From IMG/VR virus record IMGVR_UViG_2537561945_000004: a DNA stretch of 42,538 nucleotides; one strand, written 5' to 3'. Each line of letters opens with the position of its first letter. Position 1 is the first letter of the stretch. The notes under the pieces are model-generated. The model was not told the DNA's origin and ran no database searches. It was given only the letters and a program-made list of their open reading frames with translations. Positions 7,822-17,308 of this stretch are shown in pieces. The translations under genes and the position numbers were made by a program. Source of the DNA: a virus. Its lineage: Duplodnaviria > Heunggongvirae > Uroviricota > Caudoviricetes.

Positions 7822-7843
7822 GGGGCCATTAGGCCCCGTTTTC
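7822..7843 (+). terminator. Rho-independent terminator
   Basis: GGGGCC-ATTA-GGCCCC hairpin followed by GTTTTC. Confidence 0.55.
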
Positions 7844-7860
7844 ATGTCTGGAGACAGTTT

Positions 7861-8233
7861 GTGTTAAGTGAAGAAATGCAATTTGCCATGGCCGTGGCTC
7901 AAATAGTAAGTGCAGTCGCGGTTTCGCTTGGCTTGTTCATAGCTATCGCTACTATTATTTATAATGTAAATACAGCGAGAAAAGTACACACTTCAGTATT
8001 CCTTGGTGAAAGCAGGTTTGATGTAGATTATAAGAAAGGCCTATCTACTATGCGCCGCATTCACGAATCGAACAAATCATTCCGCTCTTATATGTATCCA
8101 AGCAATGGGCAGGCTGATCTTACGGATGAAGAAAAGACAGAGAAGAGAGAAATAATTTACTGTCTAGGTTTCTACGAACCCATGGCTGTGAGCGTGAAGC
8201 GGAAAACTTATGATGAGACCATGATTAAGGAAG
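7861..8233 (+). pseudogene. 5-prime fragment of an AT-rich gene (N-terminal TM protein) disrupted by IS2
   Basis: Track ORF 7861-8283 runs into IS2 sequence after 8233; hydrophobic N-terminus (FAMAVAQIVSAVAVSLGLFIAIATIIY); low GC. Confidence 0.55.
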
Positions 8234-8324
8234 TAGACTGGCCCCCTGAATCTCCAGACAACCAATATCACTTATTTAAGTGATAGTCTTAATACTAGTT
8301 TTTAGACTAGTCATTGGAGAACAG

Positions 8325-8690
8325 ATGATTGATGTCTTAGGGCCGGAGAAACGCAGACGGCGTACCACACAGGAAAAGATCGCAATTGTTCAGCAGAGCT
8401 TTGAACCGGGGATGACGGTCTCCCTCGTTGCCCGGCAACATGGTGTAGCAGCCAGCCAGTTATTTCTCTGGCGTAAGCAATACCAGGAAGGAAGTCTTAC
8501 TGCTGTCGCCGCCGGAGAACAGGTTGTTCCTGCCTCTGAACTTGCTGCCGCCATGAAGCAGATTAAAGAACTCCAGCGCCTGCTCGGCAAGAAAACGATG
8601 GAAAATGAACTCCTCAAAGAAGCCGTTGAATATGGACGGGCAAAAAAGTGGATAGCGCACGCGCCCTTATTGCCCGGGGATGGGGAGTAA
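8325..8690 (+). CDS. insC: IS2 transposase OrfA (InsC)
   Basis: [41 protein letters not shown]... HTH transposase N-terminal protein; ATG 8325 inside IS2. Confidence 0.8.
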
Positions 8691-9553
8691 GCTTAGTCAG
8701 CCGTTGTCTCCGGGTGTCGCGTGCGCAGTTGCACGTCATTCTCAGACGAACCGATGACTGGATGGATGGCCGCCGCAGTCGTCACACTGATGATACGGAT
8801 GTGCTTCTCCGTATACACCATGTTATCGGAGAGCTGCCCACGTATGGTTATCGTCGGGTATGGGCGCTGCTTCGCAGACAGGCAGAACTTGATGGTATGC
8901 CTGCGATCAATGCCAAACGTGTTTACCGGATCATGCGCCAGAATGCGCTGTTGCTTGAGCGAAAACCTGCTGTACCGCCATCGAAACGGGCACATACAGG
9001 CAGAGTGGCCGTGAAAGAAAGCAATCAGCGATGGTGCTCTGACGGGTTCGAGTTCTGCTGTGATAACGGAGAGAGACTGCGTGTCACGTTCGCGCTGGAC
9101 TGCTGTGATCGTGAGGCACTGCACTGGGCGGTCACTACCGGCGGCTTCAACAGTGAAACAGTACAGGACGTCATGCTGGGAGCGGTGGAACGCCGCTTCG
9201 GCAACGATCTTCCGTCGTCTCCAGTGGAGTGGCTGACGGATAATGGTTCATGCTACCGGGCTAATGAAACACGCCAGTTCGCCCGGATGTTGGGACTTGA
9301 ACCGAAGAACACGGCGGTGCGGAGTCCGGAGAGTAACGGAATAGCAGAGAGCTTCGTGAAAACGATAAAGCGTGACTACATCAGTATCATGCCCAAACCA
9401 GACGGGTTAACGGCAGCAAAGAACCTTGCAGAGGCGTTCGAGCATTATAACGAATGGCATCCGCATAGTGCGCTGGGTTATCGCTCGCCACGGGAATATC
9501 TGCGGCAGCGGGCTTGTAATGGGTTAAGTGATAACAGATGTCTGGAAATATAG
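8648..9553 (+). CDS. insD: IS2 transposase OrfB (InsD), DDE/integrase-core domain; normally expressed as OrfAB by -1 frameshift
   Basis: 301-aa track ORF in -1 frame relative to orfA, starting at the AAAAAAG slippery site; rve-type catalytic core. Confidence 0.8.
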
Positions 9554-9569
9554 GGGCAAATCCAGGAAG

Positions 9570-9736
9570 TATTTTACAGCTCCGTTGTAAATAACTATCA
9601 GATTGCGCTACCTCTTATACAAGCCATTAGAGAAAAAGAAAACATAAACACATATTTTAAAGAATATGAATGGTTGGCCACACGATGGAAGGATTGTCCA
9701 TTGAAGGATAAATCCCCGTGGTACAAGTTTTGGTAA
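9570..9736 (+). pseudogene. 3-prime fragment of the IS2-disrupted gene
   Basis: Reading frame of 7861-8233 continues in frame across the removed IS2 plus one TSD copy (..MIKE-VFYSSVVNNYQIALPLIQAIREKENINTYFKEYEWLATRWKDCPLKDKSPWYKFW*); stop 9734-9736 followed by terminator. Confidence 0.5.
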
Positions 9737-9759
9737 GCCCGCGCTGCGGGCTTTTTTTG
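9737..9759 (+). terminator. Rho-independent terminator
   Basis: GCCCGC-GCT-GCGGGC hairpin followed by TTTTTTT. Confidence 0.6.
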
Positions 9760-9830
9760 TGGACGAAACAAAAGTCAGTGCTACACTCATTGACGCCACA
9801 TTGAGGTGGCTTATAGATGGAAATTTCACA

Positions 9831-9992
9831 ATGAAAAAAGCATTTGCTGCACTGTTCGTTTTGTTGTCTCTGGTAGCTTCAACTCAGGCCTTTGCCGGCC
9901 GTTGTCAGCACGACAGCGATACTGCCGCTGACGGCTCCCGCTGCGGTGGGCGTTCTGCGGATTCCCGCCCGGGCGGCGGTGGCATTCGTTAA
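9831..9992 (+). CDS. Small secreted peptide (53 aa), function unknown
   Basis: ATG 9831; signal-peptide-like N-terminus MKKAFAALFVLLSLVASTQAFA followed by Gly/Arg/Asp-rich tail with 2 Cys; possible promoter TTGACG about 40 nt upstream; below track size cutoff, found by eye. Confidence 0.35.
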   Translation: MKKAFAALFVLLSLVASTQAFAGRCQHDSDTAADGSRCGGRSADSRPGGGGIR

Positions 9993-10014
9993 AAACAAGG
10001 CCGCGAAAGCGGCC

Positions 10015-10028
10015 CGTGACATGTCACG
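10015..10028. repeat. 14-bp perfect palindrome CGTGACATGTCACG (copy 1), overlapping stop codon of 10024-10320
   Basis: Seen directly; preceded by hairpin GGCCGC-GAAA-GCGGCC (9999-10014) and followed by a T-run. Confidence 0.5.
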
Positions 10029-10320
10029 TCCCTTTTCTGAATGATAGCCATTCGAAAAATGATGACATTCCACCGCAGACAATAGCAAAGATTATCCCAC
10101 CAAAGAATAGAAGGCCAGCCTGCCACCACTCCCACCGCCATACATCCACAGCGCCAACCATACCAACAATCGCTCCAACAAATGGAATATAGCTCACGAT
10201 GAAAGCAATGGGGGCTGCAATTATCCAGTGCAATCCCCACCATGATTCAAGCCCAGCCATAATTGCTGCCAACTGAAAAAGACCAACGACGATATAAACA
10301 ATGAATCCTATAGCTTGCAT
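10024..10320 (-). CDS. Small multi-pass membrane protein (accessory), function unknown
   Basis: 98 aa, Trp/Gly/Ile-rich hydrophobic helices; lies between virion genes and the accessory island. Confidence 0.45.
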   Translation of the reverse strand: MQAIGFIVYIVVGLFQLAAIMAGLESWWGLHWIIAAPIAFIVSYIPFVGAIVGMVGAVDVWRWEWWQAGLLFFGGIIFAIVCGGMSSFFEWLSFRKGT

Positions 10321-10515
10321 GTAGTCACCTATTTACCCAATAAAAATAAGAGGCCTCCCCTCAATAAGGCTTGCAACAAGAACTACTCCCTGCACAACAA
10401 AGATGAACCAGCAAATAGCTTGAGTCTGAGGGTTAAGAAAATATTTGTAGCGGTCAATAAATAACAATCCACCAGAAATTATCACACTCAAAATAATTAA
10501 AAACACAACACTTCC

Positions 10516-12990
10516 TTATTGCGGAGTGACATCCTGAGGTCTCCACCAGTATGTCTGGTTAAACTCTTTCTTCGAACGTTGCTCCATTTTACGCAAATAG
10601 CCTGGTGAAAAATACTCCTGCATCTGGTTAAAGATCATGTGATCGAGAGCCACCTTCAAGTACCAGAGATTCGCACCAGGCATCAAACCTTTCCCCAGCT
10701 TAACCAGATCACCACCAGTCTGCTCACTCTTCCCTTCCACAGCATTTAACGGTATGCCCTGAGCAATCTTCACTACGTCATCAACCAGACCAGCTACCGG
10801 GCCAAGCATCGACGCCAGCGCGCCGCTTCCGTACCTGGTGTGATCTGACAATAAAAAGTCACCGTAAAGGCCAAGACCACCACCTTTCAGTAGAGCACCA
10901 AGCCAGAATTTTGCGGCATCTTCTCCTGTCATCTCTCGAGGATTACGACCAGACGCAAGGTCGTTAAGTTGCTGCGACAAAGCGCCAAGAATGGTCGTAC
11001 TGGCAATAAACGTCGCAATATATGCCGCACGCCCACCAGCAGACGGCATACCCATAGCGCGTGACCAGTGACGCATAACAACCGAGATAGGGAACGATTT
11101 AAACAGGAAAACACTTCTCGTTAATTCACCTTTCCATGTTCCACGCTGAATACCAGAACCGGTTATCAGTTGCTCACGAGCTCCCGGTGTAATAACAGCC
11201 ATATCAACTTCTTCAGTTACGGCACCGAGCAATTTACGCATTGCCTCAAATTTCACGCGCTCAGGCTCACCAAGATGTTTAACTGCTGAATCAGGGATAC
11301 GCATAATGCTTTCCGGTGTCAGCATCGTATTATTACCGTTCCCCCAGTCCTCCTGTTGCGCCAGCTTCCATACGCTCCAGTCTGTGTCAGTAATCCCTTT
11401 GCTTTTCAGGATACGAAAATCAGAGTCATCGAGGCTACGAAGGTCTGGTGTCCGTGACACTACTTCTCCCAGGCTTCCCATCATGGTTACGCCATAGGCG
11501 CGCTTGTGCGCATCTGACCATGCTGTAAGCCCACTGGCACGCATTACCGCCGTTGCCGCCCAACGAGACACTGACGGCCCCATATTATCCATCGCCCAGC
11601 GGTTAACGCTGCCAAGTAGAGATTCCATCGCCAGACCAGCGCGGCGCGCCCGCGCAAGTTCTGTACGGTTCGTTGGGTCCATAGCTTCAAGCTGGTTGCG
11701 GAATAACTGGTTCATTGGAAGGTTGGTCACCTTCGCAGACAGATACATGGTTCCAAGATCAGAGAACGATGATAGCAACGCGGATCCGAGTCTGCTGGCA
11801 ACCAGCCAGTTGCGGATATTGTCAGACCATCGCGCGATGTGCGGATTCGCTACAGGCTGTGTCTTTCCGGAAATAAAGTTGTACAGATTCTCTGTGTTGT
11901 TCGCCAGCCGCTCGACTTTACCGGTTTTACTCGGGTTAGCTGTTGCCGTTTCTGCCTTCACCTGATCAAGAAGAGAGCGGAAAACATGATCGGGGTTTGG
12001 GCCATATGTTTCCACCAGTGCAATATCTTTACTGATACCTTCCAGGTGACCGACCATGATTTCCCATAGAGAGCGATCGCCATAAAGTTGCTGATATTGC
12101 AGATAGGAATCTGCATCTTTGAAATGTATCTGTCGTGATGCATTACCACGGTTAGCACGTGCGCCGGAAATTCGCATTCCGGTATCAGTAAGCTTATTCA
12201 GCCCACCAGTAGCGATCGTGTTATAAGCCTCTCCAAGAAATGCAGACAACTCGGCATCGTTCATCAGTTGTCCATCGGCTCGGATATAATATTTGCGATC
12301 CAGCTTACCTATAACATCGCTAACCCACTTATCCTTTGATACCGCCCCAACCTTTTCCATAGAATGATGTTGAGGGATCCCCCAGTTTTCGAGATAGCCA
12401 ATGTCCCCACCAGCATCATTAAACCGGCGGCGCAGTAGATCTGTCACTTCTCTCCACGCCTTAGCACCTTTTCTTGCTTTAGCATTGCCAGTATTTTGCC
12501 CTCGCATTTCATATACCAGGTCACGCACGCCAGCTTCATCTTCAAACAGGCCAAAAAAGCGAGGATCAACTGCTTCAAATGCCTCTTGCAATTGACTCAA
12601 TGCATAATCACGAGTAGCTTTTGTTCTGGACTCAACAGAGAGGAAATTCGATTTACCGTCTGCATTAAAAGCAATAGTACGGTTAAGAGCGCCAAGTTTC
12701 CCATCAGCCCCTTGATAGCTATTGATAAATTTATCCAATCTCTGACGTGCGGCTATAGTGAGGGCCACACGACGTTTCTTTAATGCCGCTTCTCGCTGTA
12801 ATTCTTCAGAGGCCAATTGTGCTGCACGATATAGCCGCTCTGATTCGGAAAGTTGTCTCCACGACATCGGGTCATCACGAGCAATGGAGCGCATATTTCG
12901 ATAAATGCGGTCTTCAATGTTCTGTATTTCTCGCGCCGTTAACGTGCGCTGCGCCGCCTGCTGGACCGCTTGTATACATTCCTGTCTCAT
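10516..12990 (-). CDS. Internal virion / ejection protein (large, T7 gp16-like position)
   Basis: 824 aa, last of a run of large proteins following gp14/gp15-like genes; assignment by position and size. Confidence 0.5.
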   Translation of the reverse strand: MRQECIQAVQQAAQRTLTAREIQNIEDRIYRNMRSIARDDPMSWRQLSESERLYRAAQLASEELQREAALKKRRVALTIAARQRLDKFINSYQGADGKLGALNRTIAFNADGKSNFLSVESRTKATRDYALSQLQEAFEAVDPRFFGLFEDEAGVRDLVYEMRGQNTGNAKARKGAKAWREVTDLLRRRFNDAGGDIGYLENWGIPQHHSMEKVGAVSKDKWVSDVIGKLDRKYYIRADGQLMNDAELSAFLGEAYNTIATGGLNKLTDTGMRISGARANRGNASRQIHFKDADSYLQYQQLYGDRSLWEIMVGHLEGISKDIALVETYGPNPDHVFRSLLDQVKAETATANPSKTGKVERLANNTENLYNFISGKTQPVANPHIARWSDNIRNWLVASRLGSALLSSFSDLGTMYLSAKVTNLPMNQLFRNQLEAMDPTNRTELARARRAGLAMESLLGSVNRWAMDNMGPSVSRWAATAVMRASGLTAWSDAHKRAYGVTMMGSLGEVVSRTPDLRSLDDSDFRILKSKGITDTDWSVWKLAQQEDWGNGNNTMLTPESIMRIPDSAVKHLGEPERVKFEAMRKLLGAVTEEVDMAVITPGAREQLITGSGIQRGTWKGELTRSVFLFKSFPISVVMRHWSRAMGMPSAGGRAAYIATFIASTTILGALSQQLNDLASGRNPREMTGEDAAKFWLGALLKGGGLGLYGDFLLSDHTRYGSGALASMLGPVAGLVDDVVKIAQGIPLNAVEGKSEQTGGDLVKLGKGLMPGANLWYLKVALDHMIFNQMQEYFSPGYLRKMEQRSKKEFNQTYWWRPQDVTPQ

Positions 12991-12995
12991 TTAAT

Positions 12996-14798
12996 TTAAC
13001 CTCTCAAGAAACACGCCACAGCGACATCAAACAGGCTGGAGTCCTGTATTGCCTGCTCACTTTCCCTGTTCGCTTCATCCAGTACTTCACGCGCGCTGCG
13101 CGATTGTGGATTACCATCATCATCCAGCACGGTGATTATCATGTCAGGTGATTCAAGCAGCGAGTCTTCAGCTATGCGCAGATCAATATCTCCTGCCTGA
13201 TCCGCCATCATTTTTTGTTCTGCCTGTTGCAATATTTTATCAGGCTCAAAAGGAGCTACTTCGTCTGGCGTCCTGACCTCTGCTGTTTTATAGAATGAAA
13301 CAGCCTGAGCATTAAGTTCACTTTCTACCTGCAGTCGCCGTGCCAGTTCTGCTCGAGCTTCAAAAAACTGACCGCCAGGCTCATGCGGTGCCAACGCGTT
13401 ACGAGAAAATTCCAGGCGTTCTTGTGCCTGCCGGATTCGTTGGTCAATATCGCGAAGTCTGGCCTGTTTATCTGATCGAGCACGAGATAAAGCCTTACCG
13501 CTACCGGTTGGCTCTTCTGCAAGAATTTGTGCGCGCTGTTCAGTGAGATTTTCAATAATTCGTTGGTTATTAGCGATTTCAGACTGGTAAACCTGTCTAT
13601 CGCCACGCGGCAAAAGCTGCGCGGCCCGTTCTTCAAGCAACCGATTTTCTATAGCGCGCGCCGTTACTCCATCATCTACAGATGACAGAGCCTCATTAAC
13701 TGCCTGAGACAGCAGACTCTTGCGCCCAGGAATTTCACTGAAAGATGCAGACTCAACAATGCTGGCAACGTCTACAGGTCTCCCCTGGCTAACATCAGAC
13801 ATGGCTTTTCGCAGAGCCTGAATGTGCGAATTACGCGAAAGCACGTTGATCGGCACGCCGGGAGCAATATCAATTTCAGCATGATGAGCGGCATTCGCCG
13901 CCAGTGCAGCATCGATATCAACTGGTGAAAAATTTGGTGCGCTTGTAGACTCGCCGCGAGAGTTAATAAATCTGCCGACACCACCAAACGCCACCCCAAG
14001 AACAGCATCAATAGCAATTGCCTGTCGATCCAACACATCATACTGGTTAGCCATTTCGCTATAGCCACCATCACGAAGCGTTTTTGCAGTAAGCCCACGC
14101 TGTGCCATACCGAACGCAATATTTGTACCTGCGGCATAGGCAATATCTGGCGTTGCACGTACTGCTGTTGCTGCGGCGCGTCGCACTGAACTCTCACCCG
14201 TCCGCGCAAGCTGAGCCGCCACACCTTCCGCCAGCGCACCACCAGCACGTAACCCGAGGCTCATAGGGATCAGTGTTCCGGCACCAGCAGTAATGCCCTG
14301 CACTAATCCCGCTTCCTGCGCCGTCCTGAAATCAACACCCTGTGCTGTCAGCCGTTCAAACTCAGAAAAACCCTGTAGCGAAGTTACCGCCGCTGCACCT
14401 CCGACAGGACCACCGAGCGTTGTACCGACAACAGCCTGCCCGCCCATATCGAACAACCCATAAAGAACCTGCCCGGCGGTTCCGGTTGTCGCGGCATCAG
14501 GCGTCAGCCGCTTAACCTGCTGCTCTGCTAGTTTTCTCTGCTCGGCAATGTATGAAACTGAAGTATCATTGAGCGAGGTGTTTTCGTTAATAAACTGAGC
14601 AATCGGGGATACGATTTTATCCATCCCTGCCCATAGCAACTGATCTGGCTTTGCCACCAGCCCGGAGTACAAACCAGACAATGCCGCTCCTACAGCATTG
14701 TCGAAAAAACCAACATCGCTGTTAAAGCCCGCTGGATTTGATGCTGCTTCGTCAAGTTGCTGATTCTGGTTTACTGGATTAAGGCCAAAGTAACTCAT
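12996..14798 (-). CDS. Internal virion / ejection protein
   Basis: 600 aa, Ala/Gly-rich with coiled-coil C-terminal half; start overlaps upstream stop. Confidence 0.5.
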   Translation of the reverse strand: MSYFGLNPVNQNQQLDEAASNPAGFNSDVGFFDNAVGAALSGLYSGLVAKPDQLLWAGMDKIVSPIAQFINENTSLNDTSVSYIAEQRKLAEQQVKRLTPDAATTGTAGQVLYGLFDMGGQAVVGTTLGGPVGGAAAVTSLQGFSEFERLTAQGVDFRTAQEAGLVQGITAGAGTLIPMSLGLRAGGALAEGVAAQLARTGESSVRRAAATAVRATPDIAYAAGTNIAFGMAQRGLTAKTLRDGGYSEMANQYDVLDRQAIAIDAVLGVAFGGVGRFINSRGESTSAPNFSPVDIDAALAANAAHHAEIDIAPGVPINVLSRNSHIQALRKAMSDVSQGRPVDVASIVESASFSEIPGRKSLLSQAVNEALSSVDDGVTARAIENRLLEERAAQLLPRGDRQVYQSEIANNQRIIENLTEQRAQILAEEPTGSGKALSRARSDKQARLRDIDQRIRQAQERLEFSRNALAPHEPGGQFFEARAELARRLQVESELNAQAVSFYKTAEVRTPDEVAPFEPDKILQQAEQKMMADQAGDIDLRIAEDSLLESPDMIITVLDDDGNPQSRSAREVLDEANRESEQAIQDSSLFDVAVACFLRG

Positions 14799-17308
14799 TG
14801 CGGAATATCTCCGGAGAATCTCTGACGCTTCTGTGTCAGATCAAGAACAACAGGAGAACCATCATCTTTCAGCAGATAACCAGTACCAAGTTTCACCAGG
14901 TACTGACTATCGCCGTAACTTTGCAAACCATACTGACCAGGCGGTGTTTTTATCCCGGTGCCGACAACTTGTTCATTCCAAGCCTGATTAACCTGCTTAT
15001 CGAATTGCTCTGCAGACATTCCCCACGGCAAAAGGACATTCCCCATTCCGTTATAGTCATGCACGCCACCTGTAGCTACGTTAACAGCCTGTTTCCAGAT
15101 ATCAGTGTCAATTTCGCCTGATACCACGCCTTTTTTCGCCATCACACCAGCGTAATAGTCCTTTGCGATCTCGTATGCCATTGATGCCCCCTGAGCATCA
15201 CCAGCAAATGCACCCTTCACCATGTCAGAAAACTCAAGGCGAAGATCAGCATCTTTAGGCATCGGAATACCTTTCGCATCATCAGTACCTTTACGAGCCG
15301 CCGCGCCAGCAAGAATTGTCTGCGCAGCGGTTTCAGGAGACACGGAAACATCCGGATTAAACCAGTTTTTTTCTGCCAAAATACCACCAGGCTTGTCCAT
15401 CAGTATCCCGGCAACGGCAGCAGATGGAGCGTTGGCACTGATCTGCTGTAGTGCTGACATATACACCTGCCCACCACCAGTGCTCTGCCTGATGGTATCG
15501 AGATATGCTGCCTGTTGGGAAACTGGAGCATCACGAAAGAAAACACCGATCTGATTGGCCTCGTCTTTGGAAAAGAACGTCAGTGGAGTGCCATATGACT
15601 TAGCAAGGTCACTGACCTGAGCGGCACGCAAGGCAACGCTCTGTCCAAAGTTATCCTTATTGCTCATGTCGATAGGCTTTGCCTGTCCGGAGGAAAGAGA
15701 GAACTGCACAGGATCCGACTGCCGCTGCTTTATCACCTGATTTGCAGCAGAAACAACGTTGTCATAAAGAGCTGCGCGTGCCGCATACCCCTCCCCTGTA
15801 TCACCAGTATCCGGGCGTAATTGCTCAACATATGCTGTAATGCTGCTTGTCGGCATGTTGCGGAAAGAGCCTATATACTGTCCAGCGATCTGCGTATTTC
15901 TGAACTCGGTATATCGCAGGTTTCCTTCTCTGACGCCATAAGCTGCAATAAAATCAGCCTCATCTGGTGGGTTAGGAAATTCAACGCCACGCATATACGC
16001 AGCCGTCGCATCGCGAACCTGGCTGTCAATCATCGTTTTATATTCAGCCTGCTGCTGCCGACGCAGTTGATCCGCCTGCCGCATAAAACTTGCCTGAGCC
16101 TCAGGAGATGCCGCATCGAATGCTGCATTACCGGTATAGCGTTTGGTGTTGGTTGGAATTGTTGATAAACCAAGTGCTGCACTGATACCAGCAGTTAACT
16201 GCTGATCACTGTATGGCTGGCTACCGTTCTCATGATGGATAATGGCTGCACAAAGCGCCTTCAGGGTATCAGGATTTGATGCATCGAGAGGCTCATCAGC
16301 AGAAACGCCAAGTTGTTCGCACACTGCTTTGATATACGACATAGTGTCATTTTTATCAGTAGGCGGTGCCCAGCGATTAATTATCTCGCTGACGGTATCA
16401 ATACCCTGCCGCTGATACGACATCAGGTTCCGCCCTAATGCACGAATCCCGTGTTCGGGTGTTTCGAATTTAGCAAATCTACCATCATCACCGGTCTGGC
16501 CTACCCACGGATTAGTTTTGCTGTATTCGAGATTTCCGGGGTTATTGTTGCGTATGCCACGGACACGCTCGGAAGAGCCACTATCTGCTACAGCACGGCG
16601 AGCTCCAGAAGCAGTATCACTTAATTCGCCATTACTTTGGATGAATGCGGTCGCATTGTTTGCCGACCACTGGGACAATGCGGCATCAGCAACCTTCTCT
16701 TTAAACTCGATTTTCTTGGCCTGGATTTGCTCGTCGCTCCAGCCATGCGCAATGCCGTAATCCTCAATTTGCTGGAAAGTTTGCTTATTAGCCAATACGT
16801 ATGCGGCGTTGTCGCCATACAATGCTGCGGCATTTTTACCATTGTTCAGCAGCGTAGCCTGAAACTGGCCTTCTTCGTAGGCATTTATTTGCCCTATCTC
16901 GTGCCGCCCGGCCTGCGTAGTGAACTGAATGCGCTGCTGCTGCGCCTGCTGCATGAAAGCATTACGAGCCTGTTCATCCGGCAGCGACATAGCCAGTTGT
17001 TCGACCTGAGCATCAAACTGCTGCGTATACTCCTGACCTTTTCCAATAGCATTTTTCCCTTTCAGGTTAAGCAAACCTGTTTCAGGGTTATTCAGCAGAT
17101 CACTGCTTATCTGACTGAGGTTAAGAGATGCCTCCTGAGCCAGAGCGATATTGGCACGCTGTTTTGCCTGACCAAAAACATCAATTGCCTCTGCCCCTGC
17201 CCGAACAAAAGCATCACCAATACCTGGCTGAGAAAACGTCTGCAAGCCTGCTGACTGAACTCCACGGCTCTCAACCTGACGTCCGGATACTGTTGGTACG
17301 ACTGGCAT
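14795..17308 (-). CDS. Internal virion protein (T7 gp15-like position) with central IRNNNPGNL-containing domain
   Basis: ATG 17308 (MPVVPTV...) overlapping the stop of the gp14-like gene; track ORF extends to GTG 17383. Confidence 0.55.
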   Translation of the reverse strand: MPVVPTVSGRQVESRGVQSAGLQTFSQPGIGDAFVRAGAEAIDVFGQAKQRANIALAQEASLNLSQISSDLLNNPETGLLNLKGKNAIGKGQEYTQQFDAQVEQLAMSLPDEQARNAFMQQAQQQRIQFTTQAGRHEIGQINAYEEGQFQATLLNNGKNAAALYGDNAAYVLANKQTFQQIEDYGIAHGWSDEQIQAKKIEFKEKVADAALSQWSANNATAFIQSNGELSDTASGARRAVADSGSSERVRGIRNNNPGNLEYSKTNPWVGQTGDDGRFAKFETPEHGIRALGRNLMSYQRQGIDTVSEIINRWAPPTDKNDTMSYIKAVCEQLGVSADEPLDASNPDTLKALCAAIIHHENGSQPYSDQQLTAGISAALGLSTIPTNTKRYTGNAAFDAASPEAQASFMRQADQLRRQQQAEYKTMIDSQVRDATAAYMRGVEFPNPPDEADFIAAYGVREGNLRYTEFRNTQIAGQYIGSFRNMPTSSITAYVEQLRPDTGDTGEGYAARAALYDNVVSAANQVIKQRQSDPVQFSLSSGQAKPIDMSNKDNFGQSVALRAAQVSDLAKSYGTPLTFFSKDEANQIGVFFRDAPVSQQAAYLDTIRQSTGGGQVYMSALQQISANAPSAAVAGILMDKPGGILAEKNWFNPDVSVSPETAAQTILAGAAARKGTDDAKGIPMPKDADLRLEFSDMVKGAFAGDAQGASMAYEIAKDYYAGVMAKKGVVSGEIDTDIWKQAVNVATGGVHDYNGMGNVLLPWGMSAEQFDKQVNQAWNEQVVGTGIKTPPGQYGLQSYGDSQYLVKLGTGYLLKDDGSPVVLDLTQKRQRFSGDIPQ

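Larger units (their letters stand above)
8234..9564 (+). mobile_element. IS2 (IS3 family), complete 1331 bp copy
   Basis: Ends TAGACTGGCCCCCTGAATCTCCAGACAACC... and ...GGGGCAAATCCA match the IS2 termini I recall; flanked by direct 5-bp target duplication GGAAG (8229-8233 and 9565-9569); contains the orfA/orfB pair with A6G slippery site at about 8641-8647. Confidence 0.85.

Noticed and set aside
10929-17254. Numerous 60-200 aa ORFs on the opposite strand inside the large virion genes (e.g. 11504-11965, 13772-14248, 15222-15554, 16637-17254)
   Set aside because: Fully nested antisense to long, coherent structural ORFs, no RBS, biased amino-acid composition (Arg/Leu/Ser-rich); typical shadow ORFs.
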